Positions 1 to 12,862 of a DNA stretch of 64,000 nt are shown piece after piece (the stretch's first letter is position 1; the number at the start of each line of letters is the position of its first letter). The notes beneath the pieces were generated by a model that saw only the letters and a list, made by a program, of their open reading frames with translations, was not told the origin of the DNA and did no database searches. This DNA comes from the human T2T-CHM13v2.0 reference genome, Homo sapiens: NCBI GenBank assembly GCA_009914755.4, contig CP068257.2, forward strand, positions 26,080,001 through 26,144,000, written 5' to 3'. The translations under genes and the position numbers were made by a program.

Positions 1-671
1 ACATATATAAAATAGTGTAGAATACTAATATGTTAATGTATTTTGTTCCTGGCAAATTTACCAAATAATTCTATGTAGTTCTGAATCATTGTTGTTTCAT
101 TTTATAATTTTTTGAAAATTCAGCTTTCATTTGTCTTCCACAGCTGCGTCACATCCTAAGCATATCTCATATCCAGAATTTTTTTTGCTAATTCATTAGA
201 TTTTACTTTTCACCAAAGAAAAATAATGGGGTTACTTTAGGATATAAACCCACTGATTTTGGTATCAATTAATAATATATGAAATCTAATTTTGAAAGTA
301 TTTTCTCTGCTTTTTTCTTGATTTAAAATTACATTGTTTAAGGGCATCAAAAATTATATTCAACAAATATTTGTCATCAAGCTACATGTTTACTACATTT
401 TGAATTATTTTCAATAGGCATTTTCAGCCTAGGCTTTTCTTTATTCAACTTATCCCTCATTACCCATCTCTCCAAGCTGTAGACATTGACATCCTGCCTG
501 GCACTTGACAATTTCCAAATCTGGGAGTTGGACTTTGTTTCCTGCTTCCTCAACAACTGGCTAGGATTAAGCCCACCCAGTTGATAAAACATTCACCAGG
601 AAGACAACAAACATACTGCATGGCTTGTCAAACCACTTTGGAATTTATCATATTATTTTTTAAAACTTTAA

Positions 672-886
<215 letters not shown>

Positions 887-950
887 TGCACTCCAGCCTG
901 GGTGACAGAGTGAGACTCTGTCTCAAATAAATAAATAAATAATAAATACT
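887..950 (+). mobile_element. Alu 3'-terminal fragment (sense) with (AAAT)n tail, abutting the antisense Alu
   Basis: 'tgcactccagcctgggtgacagagtgagactctgtctcaaataaataaataaat' = last ~45 bp of Alu plus A-rich tail. Confidence 0.7.
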
Positions 951-1155
951 GATGTCCTTACATCAGCCAAGGGTAGCAATATTGGTAACTTTTAATTAAA
1001 ACAGAAAACCATTTTTATTTTCAGGCAAAGGATGAGCCCAGTAGTAGAGCTACTAAACCTAATCAGCAACATCTCTCATGTCCTTTCACAAAACACGCTT
1101 TAAAAATCTTGACCCACAACATTTTATTCCCCTGCAGAAACTATGCATTTGTAAC

Positions 1156-1573
1156 TGATATGGCTTGGATGTTTTGTCCCCCCACTCCAAATCTTTTGTT
1201 GAAATGTGACCTCCAATGCTGAAGGTGGAGCCTGGTAGGAGGTGTTTGCGTCATGGAGATGGATCCCTCATGGATGGCTTGGTGCTGTCCTCACAGCAGT
1301 GAGTGAGTTCTCACTCTGTGAGTTCATTTGAGACATGGTTGTTTAATAGAAACTGGTAGCTCCACCTTTTTCCTCTTGCCCACTCTCTTGCCATGTGATA
1401 CACCTGCTTCCCCTTTGCCTTCCATCATGATCATAACCTCACCAGAAGCAGATGCTGGCACTATGCTTAATGTACAGCCTGCAGAATCACGAGCCAATTA
1501 AAACTCTTTTCTTTATGAATTAATTACCCAGTCTCAGGTATTCCATTAGAACAATGCAAATAAACTAACACAG
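1156..1573 (+). mobile_element. ERVL-MaLR 5' LTR (MST/MLT-like)
   Basis: Starts 'tgatatggcttgg...'. Contains 'cctcaccagaagcagatgctggcactatgctt..gcctgcagaatcacgagccaat.aaactcttttctttat.aattacccagtctcaggtattcc...acag', the conserved MaLR LTR 3' half. Confidence 0.7.
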
Positions 1574-3225
1574 AAAATTGGTACTGAAGAGTGGGACGTT
1601 GCTATAAAGATTCCTGAAATTGCGGAAACAGCTTTAAAACTGGGTGACATGCGGAGGTTGGAATATCGGAGGGCTCAGAGGAAAACGGGAAGATGAGAGA
1701 AAGTTTAGAACTTCTCAGAGACTGAATAGTAGTGACCAAAACGTTGATAGAAATATGGACAGTAAAGGTCAGGCTCAAAAGTTTTCAGATGAAAATGAAG
1801 AAGTCATTGGGAACTGGAGTAAAGAACACCCATGTTATGCCCAAGCAAAGAACTTGGCTGCATTGTGTCCATGGCTTAGGGGTTTGTAGAAAGGTAAACT
1901 TAACAGTGATGACCTAGGGTAAATGGTGGAAAAATCTGTAAACAGCACATCATTGCTGTAGCAATGATGTGCTGTAGCTGCTTCGAACAGCCTATGATCA
2001 AATACAGGAGCAAGGAAATGCCTTAAAGTTGGAACTTGTAATTAAAAGGGAAGCAGAGCATTAAAAGTTTGGGAAATTTGCAGCCTGGTTTGGCCATATG
2101 GTAGAAAGGGAGAAAACATTTTTAGGAGAGGAATACAAGAAGGGCGTGGAGAAACCACTTGCTAGAGAGGTTTGTGTGACTAAATGGGAGTCAACTGCTA
2201 ATAGTCAAGACAATGGGAAAAAGGCCTCAAAGGCATTTCAGACATCTCTGGGTCAGCCCCCTCCCATTACAGGCCCTAAGGCCTAGCAGAACAGAATGGC
2301 TTCCTGGGCCAGGGCCAGGGACTTGCTAACCTTCACAACTTTGGAACACGGCTCTCTGTATCCCTGCTGCTTCAGCTCCCGCCTGACTCAAAGGACTGAG
2401 CCAATGCCCCAGAGGGTGCAAACCATAAGCCGTGGTGGCTTCCATGTGGTGTTAAGTCTGCCGGCACAACAGAATGCAAGAATGAAGGAAGCTTGGAAGC
2501 TTCCACCTAGATTTCAGAGGATGTATTGGAAAGCTTGGATGCCAAGATAGAAACCTGCCACAGAGGCAATGCCCCTGTAGAAAGGCTGTACTAGGGAAAT
2601 TCCAAGGATAAAGGTGGAATTGGAGCCCATACAGTCCCCACCAAGGCACTGCCTAGTGGAACAATGGGATGGGGGCTGCTGTCCCATAGACCTAAGAATA
2701 ATAGAGCCACTGGAAACTTCCATATGTGCCTAGAGAAGCCACAGGCACTGGACTCCAACCTGCGAGAGCAGCTACAGGTGCTGCACCTTGCAAAGCCACA
2801 GGGGCAAAAATGCCTAACATCTTGGGAGTCCACCCCTTGCAACAATGTGCCCAGGATGTGGGACACAGAGTTAAGGAAATAATTTTGGAGCTTTAAAGAT
2901 TTAATGACGGCTCTGCTGGGTTTCAGAAATGTGTGGGGCCTGTTGTCCTTTTCTTTTGGCTGACTTCTCCCTTTTGGCGTGACAATGCTTACTCAATTCC
3001 TGCACCGCCATTGCATCTCGAAGTAAATAATTAATTTCTTTTTTTATTTTTTATTTTACAAGCTCATAGGTGAAAGAAACTTGCCTTGAGTCCCCAATGA
3101 GACTTTGAATTTTGGACTTTTGAGTGATGCTGGAATGAGCTGAGGCTTTTAAAGACTATTGGGAAGGGATGATTGTATTTTGCAATGTGAGATGAACATA
3201 AGATTTGGGGTCCCAGAGATGGAAT
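1574..3225 (+). mobile_element. MaLR internal region (THE1/MST-int-like, non-coding)
   Basis: Begins 'aaaattggtactgaagagtggg.cgttgctataaagattcctgaaattgcggaaacagctttaaaactgggt...'. Later 'ccacctagatttcagaggatgtattggaaagcttggatgccaagatagaaacctgccacagagg...' recalls the THE1/MST internal consensus. Lies between two matching LTRs. Confidence 0.65.
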
Positions 3226-3636
3226 AATATGGCTAGTATATTTTGTCCTCTCTAAATCTCATGTTGAAATGTAATCTCCAAAGTTAGTGGTGGGGCCTGT
3301 GGAAGGTGTTTGGGTCATGGGGACAAATCCCTCGTGAATGGCTTGGTGCCATCCTTGAAGTAATATGTAAGCTCTCAATTTGAGTTCAAGTGAGATCTGG
3401 TTGTATAAAAGAGCCTGGCACCTTCTTCTCCTCTCTCTTCCTCTCTCTCATCATGTGATATATCTGCTCCCCATTTGCCTTCCATCAATTGTAAGCTTCC
3501 TGAGGCCCTCACCAGAAGCAGATATTGGCACTATGTTTCATGTACAGACTGCAGAATCATGAGCCAAATAAACCTCTTTTCTTTATCAATTACCCAGTCT
3601 CAGGTATTCCTTTACAGTGATGAAAACAGACTAATC
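3226..3636 (+). mobile_element. ERVL-MaLR 3' LTR (partner of 1156-1573, ~80% identical)
   Basis: Same LTR family and orientation. Ends '...gagccaaataaacctcttttctttatcaattacccagtctcaggtattcctttacagtgatgaaaacagactaat'. Confidence 0.7.
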
Positions 3637-4489
3637 TAGTTACTGAAAACCTCTATGAATGAAGACTTTGCCCACATTTTCACTATGTATCCCAGATTTT
3701 CTAGAAGGTATTTCCGAATATAATTGCAAAAGCAAACATATAGTAGTGGTTCTGATTGCAGAAATTTTAGAGTAGCTTGTATCAGACTATCCATTAGAAA
3801 GAGAATAAATAAACTAAATTCCAGCACTGACAGCAGAGTAAAAACCTGTCTCCAATACATAAATAAGTCGATAAATAAATAAGTAACAAATAAGCTTTGA
3901 ACAAATAGAGTTAAAAAAAGTTTGAAGACATTGGAGACTAGACACAAATGAGCAAATCCTGGATGGAGTTTGGCCCTTGAAAAGGAGAATGGCAAGGATG
4001 AGATCTCATTTGTACATCTTTTCCCTCTTAGGGGGAAAAAAAGACAAAAATAAAAGTATTGGAAACAGTAAATGAGAGAATACACAAAATTTACAAAGGA
4101 ACAAATACATAAATAATTGCTAATGTCACATTAAAAAAATGAAAATAAGAAGAAAAGGAATCTTATCTTTAAATTCCTTAAAATAAAAACAAAAATTTTA
4201 AATCAGCATGCTGCATCAAGTCAAAAATAACTTATTTGGTTAAATAAATATATATTTTAGGTAAATGAAAGCTGAGAAGATATATTTCTCAAGTTCTGTA
4301 CTATAAGAAATGCTAAAATAAATACTTCAGAATAAAGTGAAATGACTATAGACAGTGACAGAGATTCACAGGAAGAAATAAAGACCACTAAAAATAAGAG
4401 CTTTCTTTTAATTTCTTTAAAAGAAAATTGACAATTTAATGCAAAAAATATAAGGTTGAATTATAAAATTTATAAGTAGATTTAAAATG

Positions 4490-5200
4490 TATGGCACCAA
4501 TAATGTTACTGAATTCATATGGGTCTGCAGCAACCTTAGTTTTTTCCTCTTCAGGAAAAACAAATTGACCAAAGAGGCAGAAGGAGAAACCAGAGCAAAT
4601 TTTAGAGCAAGAGTGAAAGTTTATCAGAAGTCTTTGGAACAGGAATGGAAGGAAGTAAAGTACACTTGGAAGAGGAACAAGTGGGTGACATGAGAGATAA
4701 AGTGCACGGTTTGACCTTTGGACTTGGGATTTTATACATTAGCATACTTCCAGGATCTCGCATCCCTTCTCTCCTGATTCTTCCCTTGGGGTGGGCTGTC
4801 ACATGTGCAGTGAACTGCCAGCACTTGGGAGGGGAGCATGCACAGTGTGTTTACTGGACCTGTACACATGCTCAATTGAGGTGTTCTCCCCTTACCAGCC
4901 AAATGTCCCTTGGTGGTAATATACCAGTTAAACTCTTCCATTTTACCTCTTAGTGCACATGCCCAAGCCCACTCACTCAACTCCTGAGATCTTATTAGAA
5001 AGCTGCTTATCACCAGTTTCAGGTGTTTCTGTTTCTTGGGAGACTGCCTTTCCCTGGCACTGGCTGTGACCATTTGTTATTTAGAGAGATGGTTTACTAA
5101 CCACCTGACCATCACCTGATGGATGCCTGACATTCCTAGAGTGGGAGTGCTCTCCTACCCTTCTTGTGTGTGACTAGCTACCTACTGTAACAACTTCCCT
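4490..5200 (+). mobile_element. Unclassified LTR-like interspersed repeat, copy A
   Basis: About 700 bp, roughly 80% identical to 9712-10375 (e.g. 'gagtgaaagtttat.agaag.ctttggaacaggaatggaaggaagtaaagtacacttggaagagg', 'ccagttaaactc..ca.ttt.cctcttagtg.gcat', 'ctcctgagatcttatt.gaaagctgct.atcaccagt.tcaggtgtttctg'). Flanks are unrelated. Confidence 0.5.
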
Positions 5201-8200
5201 TTCAAGAGTCCAAGACCTCAATTCTTTGGAGAAAAATGGATGAAGGTCAGTCTTCTGTAACTGCTTCCTTCTCACAGAGGGGCAATGGTGGTTCTGTGGG
5301 TCTTGGCCTTTGGCTAGTTGCCAGGGAAGGGTTTGCTTTGTGAGCTGGTGAAAGCAGTATCCAGCCAGGTCCAAAGGAGACACAGGCAGGATTTTACTTC
5401 TGTCATGTCTCACTGATGGGCAGTCTAGGGGTCTCCTGCAGGAGGGTGACTCTTAAATATTGAGAGGATGGTATCCCTCAATAATGATCATCTAGAGCTT
5501 GATGGCCTGAAGGCAAGAGAAGACAAATCAGGTTATTAGATTTAGCAGAATGTTAAAATGAAGTAAGGGGGTGATGACAGCTGACACACCCAGGTAGCTG
5601 GTGGCTATAGTCATAACTGCTAAGAATTGGGCGTGTGGGGGTGCTAGCCAATTCCAATATGTGCCAAGAATTGCAATACTGAAGCAGATTTTTTCATTAC
5701 CCATCCCTTTTGTTTCTTCTGAGCTGCAGCCAGAGATCACTACTAGTTGGTTCACTGGAGTAAGTAGGGTGAGTCTAAATTGCAGACAAAAACTCAAAAA
5801 CAACTGATGAGGCTAGAACTTAATCACAGGTGTACCATAGTTCTTCAAACATAATTTTTCTCTCTCCAGATCTTATTTTTATGAAAAATAAATCCTGATA
5901 GGACTGATGTGCTTGCAAAATAAGTTCTAGTCTTATTACACTTGGCCAGATTATTTGCATGAATCACAGCAAGAATAATCATTTTCCAGAAAGTGACATT
6001 TTTTACTTATGTCAGGAACCCTGTACAGGGACTGTGTAGACAAGGTGTGAGGCCAGTTTTCCCAAGGGGTTTTATTGTCTCTATAAGTCAAATTTGGTTC
6101 CTTAAAGAAATGCACATTATTTCAGTCAAAGCCTTGATAAAATAACCAGTGTCTCTAATTGTGTCCTGTTGCAAAAGAAAATAGATTCATATTGCATTTA
6201 TGCAAATAACTGTATTGCCATGAGTTAAGAATATTCACAAATAGTTTTCAAATTCAGGAGAAATCAGGTAGGAAGAAAAAACATTATGCTTCAAATTATG
6301 TTGATAGTAGTATAATTTATTTACTCAATTCTTTAAAAGCTGTAAATAATGCAAAAGAAAATTTTCTTGTCTTTTAAAAACGAAGGATTAACAACATTTT
6401 AAGCAAAAACTCATAAAAGAATTATTTTAGTCTTCTACTAGTTTAGTCCATGTTCTGCTTGATATTCATGAACATTTTAGCTCTCCATATCTCTAATGAC
6501 ACAATCTTTGAAGTGATCAAAAACCTGTGTTTTAGAACACCTGTTAGAGTATTACAGCTGTTTATAAAACCTCCTTCTAAAAATAATCAAAACAAGACAA
6601 TTAATGTTCGTGGATGACAAAACATCTTAGGGCAGGCACAGTCAAAGATACAATTGACAAGGAAATTTGTTAACTTGGTGGTACACAATAATTTAACATA
6701 ATAATTATAATTATTCCTGATAGCATATATTAACTTATATCAGAGTCATAGGAATTTTGCATAATTTTGGAACACACATACCAATAACACATTTATAAAA
6801 ATATAGGCCAATGAAATCCAAATGTTACCTTTGCATTAGTGTGCTATTGATGTCAAACCCAACTCAATAAAACCTTAATAGGCAAATCTGTTCAATTTTA
6901 ATCAGCCTGATCATAAGGTAAGATTCTCATGAACATTTTATAAGCCTTTACAATTTTCTGTTAAAGAGCAGAACAATACTCTAAGAAAATTGTGTTGTGT
7001 TTTTATTCCAATGTTTAATTTACAGATAAGCTGAATAATACCCTTTTAATTTTAGCTAATATGTTCACTCACACAATTTCTTTTACATGATTAATTTTTC
7101 ACAAACATTCCACAACTTACTTAAACTTTTAACTTTATCTAATCTAACTTTAAACAACACCTTAACCCTCTAAAATAAGCAATAGAAATAGAGCTATTAT
7201 AGAGAAAGATGAATTCAGAAGTTGGGTAAATATTAAGCAGGTACCTGTCTTGGTAAATACATTTTTGCCCCAAAGAGGTGTGAATATTTTCTTTGGAGGC
7301 AGGAGGTGCCATGTGCCTCATTACCTGACATGATTTGGAGGAGAGTTGCTAGAGAAGATTAGCACAGAGTAGTCAGCTCTTGAACCCAAAAGGGAAAATT
7401 ATAATTTTACTTGCTGCCTCCATAGTTGTCCTTGTTCTCTTGATGACAATGTCTGAACTGGGAGCTGGCTGAAGCAGAGAGCCCTTTCAGTTCAAGGTCA
7501 CCAGGGTTGGGATTCTGTCCTGGGGCCCTTAAGCCCTCAGAGAAGTTCCATTTCAGTGGTTGAGCTTGTGGCACAGAGGACAAGCCATGTGGGTCTTTTT
7601 CCTATTTATCTCACTGACAGTTTACCTTCCAGTGGCCTGGCTTCCAGCACCAATGGCAATTACCTGGAGGAATGTCCTTAGGACAACCTGGAGGGAGATT
7701 GAGAGCTTGTAAGGTAGCCAATACTTGATCTTGCCTTTTGTCCCTGCATTTTTCCTTTTTCTTAACCCTGTTCTCCTTATTCTACTCTTGGTTATACAAG
7801 ACTGAGAAAGCTAATCTGAGGACCTCCTGCACAGGGTCACTGGGTTCTATGACTGACTTTTGTAATTTCCTCCCAGTTAATACTTAGGCCAAACAAGATT
7901 ACAAAGTAAAACTATTTTTTTGTTTTAAGGTTTGGGGAAATCAAACTTTTCCCCCCTTTGGGGGATGCATCTGTGGGGCATGTCCTATAGTATGAAGACA
8001 TAATTACCCATCTGTGAAGAGAGAACAGAAAAGAGAAAAAGAAAAAAGGAATAACAAGGTCTTCCCTCTACTTTCCTATTATCCTGAATGGGGCATCCCC
8101 CAATGTCCTTAGGCATGAACTGGTATAACTGTGTACCTTTGGTCCCATCTCATCACAACTACTCACTTAAGAATATGTACCCCTAACCTTCCCTTTATCT

Positions 8201-9593
8201 CTGTTCTAATGGTAATCTGTTAGCCTGGGACCACCTTTCCTCTCTGTCCTATGGGTCTCTTGTACCTGTGGCCTTGGGCCAGCCTATATCCTTATTTCCA
8301 TGACCTTATAGTGACACTTTCTTGGAATATTCCAGCAAAAAAAAAAGATACTCTCTTTTCTCAGCTTTCCATTTCCCATGTTCTTTAAGTAGAAGAGAAG
8401 CCTGTTTTTCAGCTAACTGCCCAAAGGGGAGTTATGGACTTTCCTCCATTCTCCCTTCAAATATGACCTTGAGGGTCTTGATGCATGTTGTGAAGAATGC
8501 AGAAGTAATTAGAGAAATGGAGGATACAGAAGGAAGTGGTAGGAAGCAAGAGGAATAATCATGGAAAGCCTTAATACGCTTGTAAATATAGCAGCCCTTG
8601 AATTCAAGAGAGCAATGTTTATTTTCCCTCTTGATATAAATTAAGAACCTTTGGAAGACTTAGCGCTTGGGGGAAGAACTCACAATTGGCAAAAGAAGAA
8701 TTCTCCCTCCTTCCAAATGGGTGCTAACTCAAAAAAAGTAAGTAGGTGGGATCCTTAAAGGATCAGAGTGAGGCCCTATGCAGTTAGACAAACTGCTTCA
8801 AAAGCCACTGAAAACTCGACTCTGAGGTATAACAGGAACAAAAAGTATATGGTAAGTCATAAGGAGCTGGCAGAGCTGGGGTTCCAAGTAGTGTCTGTCC
8901 TGGAAATGTGTCAGCAGACAAGGGAAGGGTTTGTGGTCATCTGAGCTAGTAGGGTAAACACAAGTATAAATCTCAGGGTATTTCTGCAAGGCAGCCTGTG
9001 TCTTTGCTGCCAGACAAATGCAGCAAGAGCCATGGGTGCACAAATAACAGGGTGTGTTTAAAAATTCATGTGGCATGTGAAGTGAAAGCAAAGAGGCAGA
9101 CTTGCCTCCAAAGCAGATAGTCCTGTGGGTGTGCAAGGCCATTTCAGAATACATGCAGAGAAAACAGGAGAATATGCTGTTTGCGTTTTTGGAAAGAGCT
9201 GATTTTAGTTGAAAAGGTAGAGGAAACCCTAGACATTGCACGGTTTTAGGCTTTAGCCCTACCTTTCTCACAAGCCTCCTGTCCAGGAGGGCCATTAGCA
9301 TCTCAGATCTACTCAGTGTAAACCCCAAGGTTATTCCCACCTCTGCAAGCTGCCAGTCAGGGTCAGCTGAGAGATCAGCCTGGTGGGTGTGTGTGAGCAG
9401 AGTCACTTATGGCCAAGAGGAATTGTTCTGGGGGTTTGTTAGTAAGCAGGAGAAAGAAGGGGAGAAGAAAACTGTGTATGGGTGTTGAACACCTCCCACC
9501 GAAGCAAGTGAGGAATAAAGATCTCTTACCATTGAAGACCATGTCGAAGTCATGGAAACAAAATATGTTAATGGCCAAACGTATTAGAGACCC

Positions 9594-9712
9594 ATGGCAC
9601 CAAAGTATGTTAGCAGTGGAAGGTATCTGAGTCACATGGCACAAAAATATGTTCCCAGCAAAACATATCTGTGTCACGGCACCAAAGTATGTCACCAGCA
9701 GTAAATCCTTAT
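9594..9712 (+). repeat. Three tandem ~38-40 bp units (catggcaccaaagtatgt.agcagt...) at the 5' edge of LTR-like copy B
   Basis: Units at ~9594-9630, 9636-9672 and 9676-9712. Copy A has a single unit (4491-4530). Confidence 0.6.
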
Positions 9713-10375
9713 GGGTCTACAGCAACCTCAATTCTTGCCTCTTCAGAAGAAATAATTCAAACAAGGAGGTATAAGGCAGAAGGAGAGATACAGACAAGTT
9801 TTAGAGCAGGAGTGAAAGTTTATTAGAAAGCTTTAGAACAGGAATGAAAGAAAGTAAAGTACACTTGGAAGAGGGCCAAGTGGGCGACTGGCGGGATCAA
9901 GTGTGTGGTTTGTCCTTTTGACTTGGAGTTTGATATGTTGACATGCTTCCTGGTTCTTGAGTCTCTTCTCCCTGATTCTTCCCTAGGGGTGGGCTGCCCG
10001 CATGTGCAGGGGCCTGCCAGCACTTGGGAGGTGAGCAGGCACAGCATGTTTATTGTATATGCATGCATGCTCACTTGAGGTGTCCTTCCCTAACCAGCCA
10101 AATATCCCTAGAAGGACATATACCAGTTAAACTCCACAATTTTGCCTCTTAGTGTGCATATTTGAGCCCAGTCACCCAGCTCCTGAGATCTTATTGGGAA
10201 GCTGCTGATCACCAGTCTCAGGTGTTTCTGCTTATTGGAAGACTGCCTTTCCCCGGCACTGGCTATAACCAATTATTATTTTAGAGAAACAGTATAACAG
10301 CTCCCTGACCTTCACTTGATGGTCCCCTGACATTCCTGTTTGGGACAGGGGGAAGGGGCTCTCCTACCCTGCTCA
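9595..10375 (+). mobile_element. Unclassified LTR-like interspersed repeat, copy B (same family and orientation as 4490-5200)
   Basis: Collinear similarity with copy A through '...ctctcctaccct.ct..t.t.actac.cacttgtaa.a'. Confidence 0.5.
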
Positions 10376-10800
10376 TATCTAACTACCCACTTGTAAGAGC
10401 AATACAAAGAATAGATATATGGTCTTATATATACATCTTACGTACAATATCATTTCAAGCTTCTCACACTTCAAATTAAATGCTGCCATATTAACTCTAA
10501 GTAGCTTACAGTAAGTGAAAGATGCCTACTGTAATCCCTATAGTAAGCACTACAATTCACAAAATGGCATAGCCAAAAAGTCAATGGTAGAAGTAAAATG
10601 TAACACTGAAAGATTAACATAACCCAGAAGAAGGCAGAAAAGGAAGAACAGCAAAACAAAATCGGAAGAAATGAAAACACAATTACAGAAAATTAGCTAA
10701 TGGAGATTAGAAAAATTACAAATGTAACCCAACTATACTAATTATTACATTAGCTGTTGTTATATTGTCAGATTTAATAAAATAATCAAGATCCAAACAT

Positions 10801-10990
10801 CCTCTTTAAAAGATATGTATATTTAACATAAAGAAACAGGTAGACTAAAACAAGCAAGACCAAAAGACCTCTTTTGTTTTTTTAACTTTGTTTTAGGTTC
10901 AGGATATTTGCAGCAAATATCCTCTTTAAAGATATGTATATTTAATATAGGGCACAAATAGACTAAAACATAAAACATGGAAAAAGATAT
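10801..10990. repeat. Local tandem duplication (~120 bp period)
   Basis: 'cctctttaaaagatatgtatatttaacataaagaaacaggtagactaaaaca' (10801-) recurs as 'cctctttaaagatatgtatatttaatatagggcacaaatagactaaaaca' (10921-). Confidence 0.5.
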
Positions 10991-11139
10991 ACTATCTAAA
11001 ATGTAAAAATGTAAATTGTATGAATACTGTAATATCAAAGTATGCTCCAGTACAATAAACATTACCTGAAATAAAGCGCAGCATTTCATTAAGACATAAC
11101 AATCATACATGTTTGCATACTTAATTAACAGAGCTTCAA

Positions 11140-11780
11140 AATACAGCCATGTACTGCATAAAGTTGTTTCTGTTTTGCATACATAACGGTGGTCCCATAG
11201 CATTATAATGGAGCTCAAAAATTTATAGCCGTTGTAATGCAGTGTGATGCATTACTCACGTGCCTGTAGTGGTGCTGATGTAAATATACCTACTTTATGA
11301 TGTCAAAATGTTGTAGTAACTAAGTTGAATTTATGATTGAAGAAAAATATTTTTGATAAGTTTAGTGTAGCTGAAGTGTACAATGTGTATCTAGTCTACA
11401 GTAGAGTGCAGTGATGTGTTCGGCCTTCACATTCACTCACTAGTGCTTCATTGACTCACCCAGAGCAACTTCCAATCGTGCAAGCTCCGTTCAAGGTAAG
11501 TGCCCTATACAAGTGTACCAGTTTTTATCTTTTATACTTTATTTTTACCATACCTTTTCTCTGTTTACTTATGTTTAGATGTGCAAATATTTAACATTGT
11601 GTTATAATTGCCTACAGTATTCAGCACAGAAGCCTGCTGAGGTTTGTAACCAAGGAACAGAAGTCATACCATCTAGGCTAAGTGTGTAGTAGGCTATAGA
11701 CTTGTGTAAGTGCATTCTATGATGTTCACACAATGACAAAATCACCTAACAACGCATTGCTCATACTGTATTTCTGTGGT
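11140..11780. mobile_element. Tigger-type (TcMar) non-autonomous DNA transposon remnant
   Basis: Conserved Tigger-family blocks include 'ggtggtcccatagcattataatggagct.aaaaatt', 'gccttcacattcactcac...gactcacccagagcaacttcca.tc.tgcaagctcc.ttcaaggtaagtgccctatacaagtgtacc' and 'aggctataccatctaggct...gtgtagtaggctata'. Terminal 'cattgctcatactgtatttctgtggttaaacgatgcatgacagtatgt'. Confidence 0.5.
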
Positions 11781-12794
11781 TAAACGATGCATGACAGTAT
11801 GTAAAACGAAAACAAAAAAAGTAAAGGAAAAAATGGACAATTACAGGTTTTAATATTGAATTATCACTGACTGATAGATTAGTTAGACACAAGACCAGGA
11901 AAGATACATAGGATCTAAAACACACTATCAATGACCTTTTTCTAATTGACGTTTGTAGAACACTGAAGAATATGTCACAGTTACGAAACTTCAGAAAATG
12001 CATTATTTTCAGTTGCATATTAAACGTTCACCAAGACAGAATATATGCTGGCCCAAAATAAATCTCAAGAAATGTCAAAAATTGAAGTCATATAAGAATA
12101 TTTATTCACAGCCATAAAATTAAATTTGATACTATAACATTAAACTAGACAGAATTGTTCAAATGTTTGGAAAAATAATTAATCAAGAAAGAAATCACAA
12201 GAAAACAATTTAGAATCTCATTATAATGATAACAACACGTATCAACATTTGTGAAATGCAGGTAACATTGTGCTTAAAGGGCAATTCATAGCCGTAAATA
12301 TTTTAAGAAAATAAGAAAGGTTAACATCAGTGATATAATTTTCCATCTTAAGCAACTAGAAAAAGATAAGCAATTTATATACAGAGTAAATAGAAGGAAA
12401 GAAATTATAAAGATATGAGAAATTAAGTAGAGAATAGATAAAAATGTTTAGATTAATAAATTGATAAACCCCTAGCAAGACTGATTAAGAAAAAAAACTT
12501 ATTTATTATCAGAAATAATAAAAGGTATTACAATATGCAAATATTCATGAAAAACTCTATTCCAACAAACTTAAAGATTTTGATATGGACAAATTTTTGG
12601 AAAAATACAACATAGTAAAACTGACATAAAAAATAGAATGTCTGAATAGCTCTATACCTATTAACTAAACTGAAATTGTTATTAAAAAGCCTTTCTCCAA
12701 AGAAAAATACAAGACAATACATTGGTGAAGTATATAAAATATATGAGTATTAAATAATACTAGTACTAAGCAAAATCTAAAACATTATCTGGTT

Positions 12795-12862
12795 GTTCTT
12801 ATCATAAAAAGCAGGAAAAAGAAGAAGAAGAGGTGAAGGAAGAGGAAAAGGAGGTGGAGGAG
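12795..12862 (+). repeat. Purine-rich (GAA/GAG/GGA)n low-complexity tract
   Basis: 'gaaaaagaagaagaagaggtgaaggaagaggaaaaggaggtggaggagtagaaggag'. Confidence 0.7.

Noticed and set aside
3636-4085. 149-aa ORF (minus strand), rich in L/F/Y/C
   Set aside because: Its composition reflects the A/T-rich DNA (aaataa/ttta runs). It overlaps low-complexity sequence and has no homology signal. Artefact.
8798-9406. Longest non-repeat ORF in the track (202 aa, minus strand)
   Set aside because: No recognisable domain or motif. It lies in low-GC sequence next to an LTR-like repeat. There is no splice-consistent or Kozak context I could verify. A 200-aa open frame is expected by chance in 64 kb of six-frame translation. 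Treated as spurious.
4490-10375. Segmental duplication as the explanation for the two similar ~700-bp blocks
   Set aside because: Similarity stops abruptly at both ends of each block and the flanks are unrelated. The pattern fits copies of an interspersed repeat (or LTRs), not a duplicated genomic segment.
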